Of a DNA stretch of 50,624 nt, positions 48,980 through 50,624 are shown in pieces. Under the pieces are notes generated by a model that did not search any database, was not told the DNA's origin, and saw only the letters and a list, made by a program, of their open reading frames with translations. This DNA is from Bacillota bacterium (GTDB lineage Bacteria; Bacillota; DTU030), in contig JAAYTH010000047.1 in the NCBI GenBank assembly GCA_012523785.1, positions 1 to 50,624 of the forward strand. Direction: 5' to 3'. The first letter of the stretch is position 1. Each line of letters opens with the position of its first letter. The position numbers were made by a program, and so were the translations under genes.

Positions 48980-49999
48980 ATGAAAATGATGACAAAGAGG
49001 GAACGGGTAGAAGCAGCATTGAATGGAAAGGAGGTGGATAGGGTACCCCATAGTATATGGTTGCATTTCCCCCACAAAGATCAGGATCCCCGATCATTGG
49101 CGGAACACCAGGTGGGATTTATGAAAAAATATGATCACGATTTTATAAAGCTTATGCCTTTTGGATTATATGGTGTACAGGACTACGGCGCAAAAGTTAA
49201 AATATTTGGGACAAAGACTGAGCCGCCAATTATTGATCAATACGGAATAAAAGACATAAAAGAATGGGAGAGAGTTGGAGTATTTAACGGCACATATGGA
49301 ACATTAGGGAAACAAGTTCAGCTGTCCCAACATGTTTCAAGATTGCTTCAAAAGGAAAAAGATGATATCCCATTTGTTCAGACAATATTTAGCCCATTAA
49401 CAACTGCGGAAAAGTTAGCTGGGCCAAGACTTTATGAAGATTTAAAGCAATATCCTAATATTATTCACCAAGCATTACAAAATATAACCGAAACAACAAT
49501 TAACTTTATAAAAGAAAATATTAATGCTGGGGTTAGTGGTTTCTTTTTCGCCACTAAATGTTCAACCTTGGATTTAATGACTAAGGAAGAATATACAGAA
49601 TTTGGTACGAAATACGACCTACAGTTATTTGAATCATACAAAAGTGAAACTTTCTTTAATATAATTCATATACATGGCGAAAATACAATGTTTGAAGAAT
49701 TGGCTGCCTATCCGGGAAATTGTATCAGTTGGCACGATCGTTGGGTTGCACCTGATATGGGGGAAGCTAGAAAAATAACTGATAAGTGCCTATTAGGTGG
49801 ACTCAATGAAAGGGATACATTGGTTAATGGTACACCGGAAGATATAGACACTCATGTTATGGAAGCAATAGAGATGGCAGGTAGAAAAAGTCTAATGATT
49901 GGCCCAGGTTGTGTCGCAAAACCAGAAACACCAGAAATAAATTATTTTGCGGCTAGAGTTGCGGTGGAAAAGTATGGAAGGTATAAATCCAAAACTTGA
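48980..49999 (+). CDS. Uroporphyrinogen-decarboxylase (URO-D) family protein, possibly a methyltransferase or decarboxylase of the MtaA/CmuA-like group
   Basis: ATG at 48980 with GGAGGG 7 nt upstream. The N-terminus is MTKRERVEAALNGKEVDRVPHSIW. Later motifs are IHIHGENTMFEELAAYPGNCISWHD and GPGCV. The assignment is at family level only. Confidence 0.65.
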   Translation: MKMMTKRERVEAALNGKEVDRVPHSIWLHFPHKDQDPRSLAEHQVGFMKKYDHDFIKLMPFGLYGVQDYGAKVKIFGTKTEPPIIDQYGIKDIKEWERVGVFNGTYGTLGKQVQLSQHVSRLLQKEKDDIPFVQTIFSPLTTAEKLAGPRLYEDLKQYPNIIHQALQNITETTINFIKENINAGVSGFFFATKCSTLDLMTKEEYTEFGTKYDLQLFESYKSETFFNIIHIHGENTMFEELAAYPGNCISWHDRWVAPDMGEARKITDKCLLGGLNERDTLVNGTPEDIDTHVMEAIEMAGRKSLMIGPGCVAKPETPEINYFAARVAVEKYGRYKSKT

Positions 50000-50028
50000 T
50001 TTTTTAAACAAAAATAGGGGGTTAGAAC

Positions 50029-50624
50029 ATGATTAAGAAGCAAAAAACAATATCATTGTTGTTATTGGTGGTACTAATATCATTACCTTTATTTTTCTTA
50101 AGCGCTTGCGGACCAACCGGAAATGGAGATGTAGCTGAAGAGGGAGATAGTCAAGAAAATGGTGAAACCTTTGAATTAAAGTTTGCTACCGTTGTGAATT
50201 CACCACATGCATGGGTAGATACTGCGAATTATTTTGCCGAAGAGGTAGAAAAAAGAACCAATGGAAAAGTAAAAACTGTAGTATATCCCGGGGGACAATT
50301 GGGCGACGATGAAACAAGTGCTGATGAACTCCGGATGGGTACAGTAGATTTAATGATTGGGGGAACATCAAATATTACATCCTTCGTACCGGAATTGCAA
50401 ATATTTAACTTAACATATCTATTTGATAATTTAGAACATCAACGACATAGTATACGATTTGGTGGCCCATTAGAGAAAAAATACAAAGAGATATTTGATG
50501 AAAAAGGGATTGGACTAAAACTATTGAATTTAACCGTTGGTGGAACTAGACACTTTTTCAACAATAAGAAACCTGTTGTTGACCCTGAAGATATAAAAGG
50601 AATAAAAATGAGAACTAGTGGCTC
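50029..50624 (+). CDS. TRAP-transporter solute-binding lipoprotein (DctP family); partial, runs off the right edge of the window
   Basis: Absent from the ORF track because there is no stop in the window. My own translation reads MIKKQKTISLLLLVVLISLPLFFLSACGPTGNGD...FELKFATVVNSPHAWVDTANYFAEEVEKRTNGKVKTVVYPGGQLGDDETSADELRMGTVDLMIGG...IKGIKMRTSG. There is a lipobox (LSAC) and the DctP-type motif pattern. Confidence 0.8.
   Translation, partial: MIKKQKTISLLLLVVLISLPLFFLSACGPTGNGDVAEEGDSQENGETFELKFATVVNSPHAWVDTANYFAEEVEKRTNGKVKTVVYPGGQLGDDETSADELRMGTVDLMIGGTSNITSFVPELQIFNLTYLFDNLEHQRHSIRFGGPLEKKYKEIFDEKGIGLKLLNLTVGGTRHFFNNKKPVVDPEDIKGIKMRTSG

Noticed and set aside
1-50624. CRISPR arrays, tRNA or rRNA genes, IS elements or transposases, and integrases
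   Set aside because: I found no regularly spaced direct repeats, no cloverleaf-like or rRNA-like segments, and no DDE, serine or tyrosine recombinase motifs in any listed ORF. The only mobile element I can support is the NrdJ intein.

Overview
This is a chromosomal segment that looks like an anaerobic, S-layer-bearing Firmicute of the class Clostridia. The evidence is SLH-domain wall proteins, ECF transporters, AddAB-type genes, Asp23, a sigma-54 enhancer-binding protein, and GGAGG-type ribosome-binding sites with frequent GTG/TTG starts. I recognised no rRNA, tRNA, CRISPR array, transposase or integrase.

Content from left to right:
1. A partial polysaccharide deacetylase gene and an intein-containing class II ribonucleotide reductase (nrdJ), both on the minus strand.
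2. A 12-kb co-directional supercluster for processing DNA double-strand-break (DSB) ends. It runs nurA-herA, then an Mre11/SbcD-like phosphoesterase, then a Rad50/SbcC-like ATPase encoded in three pieces, then an AddB-like Fe-S nuclease and a UvrD/AddA-like helicase.
3. A 15-kb co-directional cluster (about 16.4-31.9 kb), which is the most unusual part of the window. A leader that I read as a molybdenum-cofactor (Moco) riboswitch with a terminator/antiterminator platform precedes 11 genes. These encode three paralogous surface proteins, a MotA/ExbB-like plus DUF2149/ExbD-like pair, a 1162-aa SLH-anchored multi-module protein, a purple-acid-phosphatase-like enzyme, a small lipoprotein, and a complete ECF transporter. 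The S component of that transporter carries a fused extracytoplasmic domain. About 10-11 copies of a module with the motif pattern of the molybdopterin-binding domain of the sulfite oxidase (SUOX) fold are spread over these proteins. I propose, as inference only, a cofactor-repressed system for capturing and importing Moco, molybdopterin or a related compound at the cell surface.
4. Housekeeping genes: a DAACS symporter, a DUF134 regulator, a glutaredoxin-like protein, an aminotransferase, bioY, a PspC-domain protein, lgt, a CsoR-family regulator, an SLH-SH3b-amidase, an HD-domain protein, Asp23 and a Ddl-like ATP-grasp protein.
5. A visibly more AT-rich right end. It holds a sigma-54 activator divergent from a UPF0597/cysteine-desulfidase-like gene that has a textbook -24/-12 promoter, then a URO-D-family gene and a partial TRAP DctP gene.

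All protein-family calls rest on motif recognition by eye. No searches were run.
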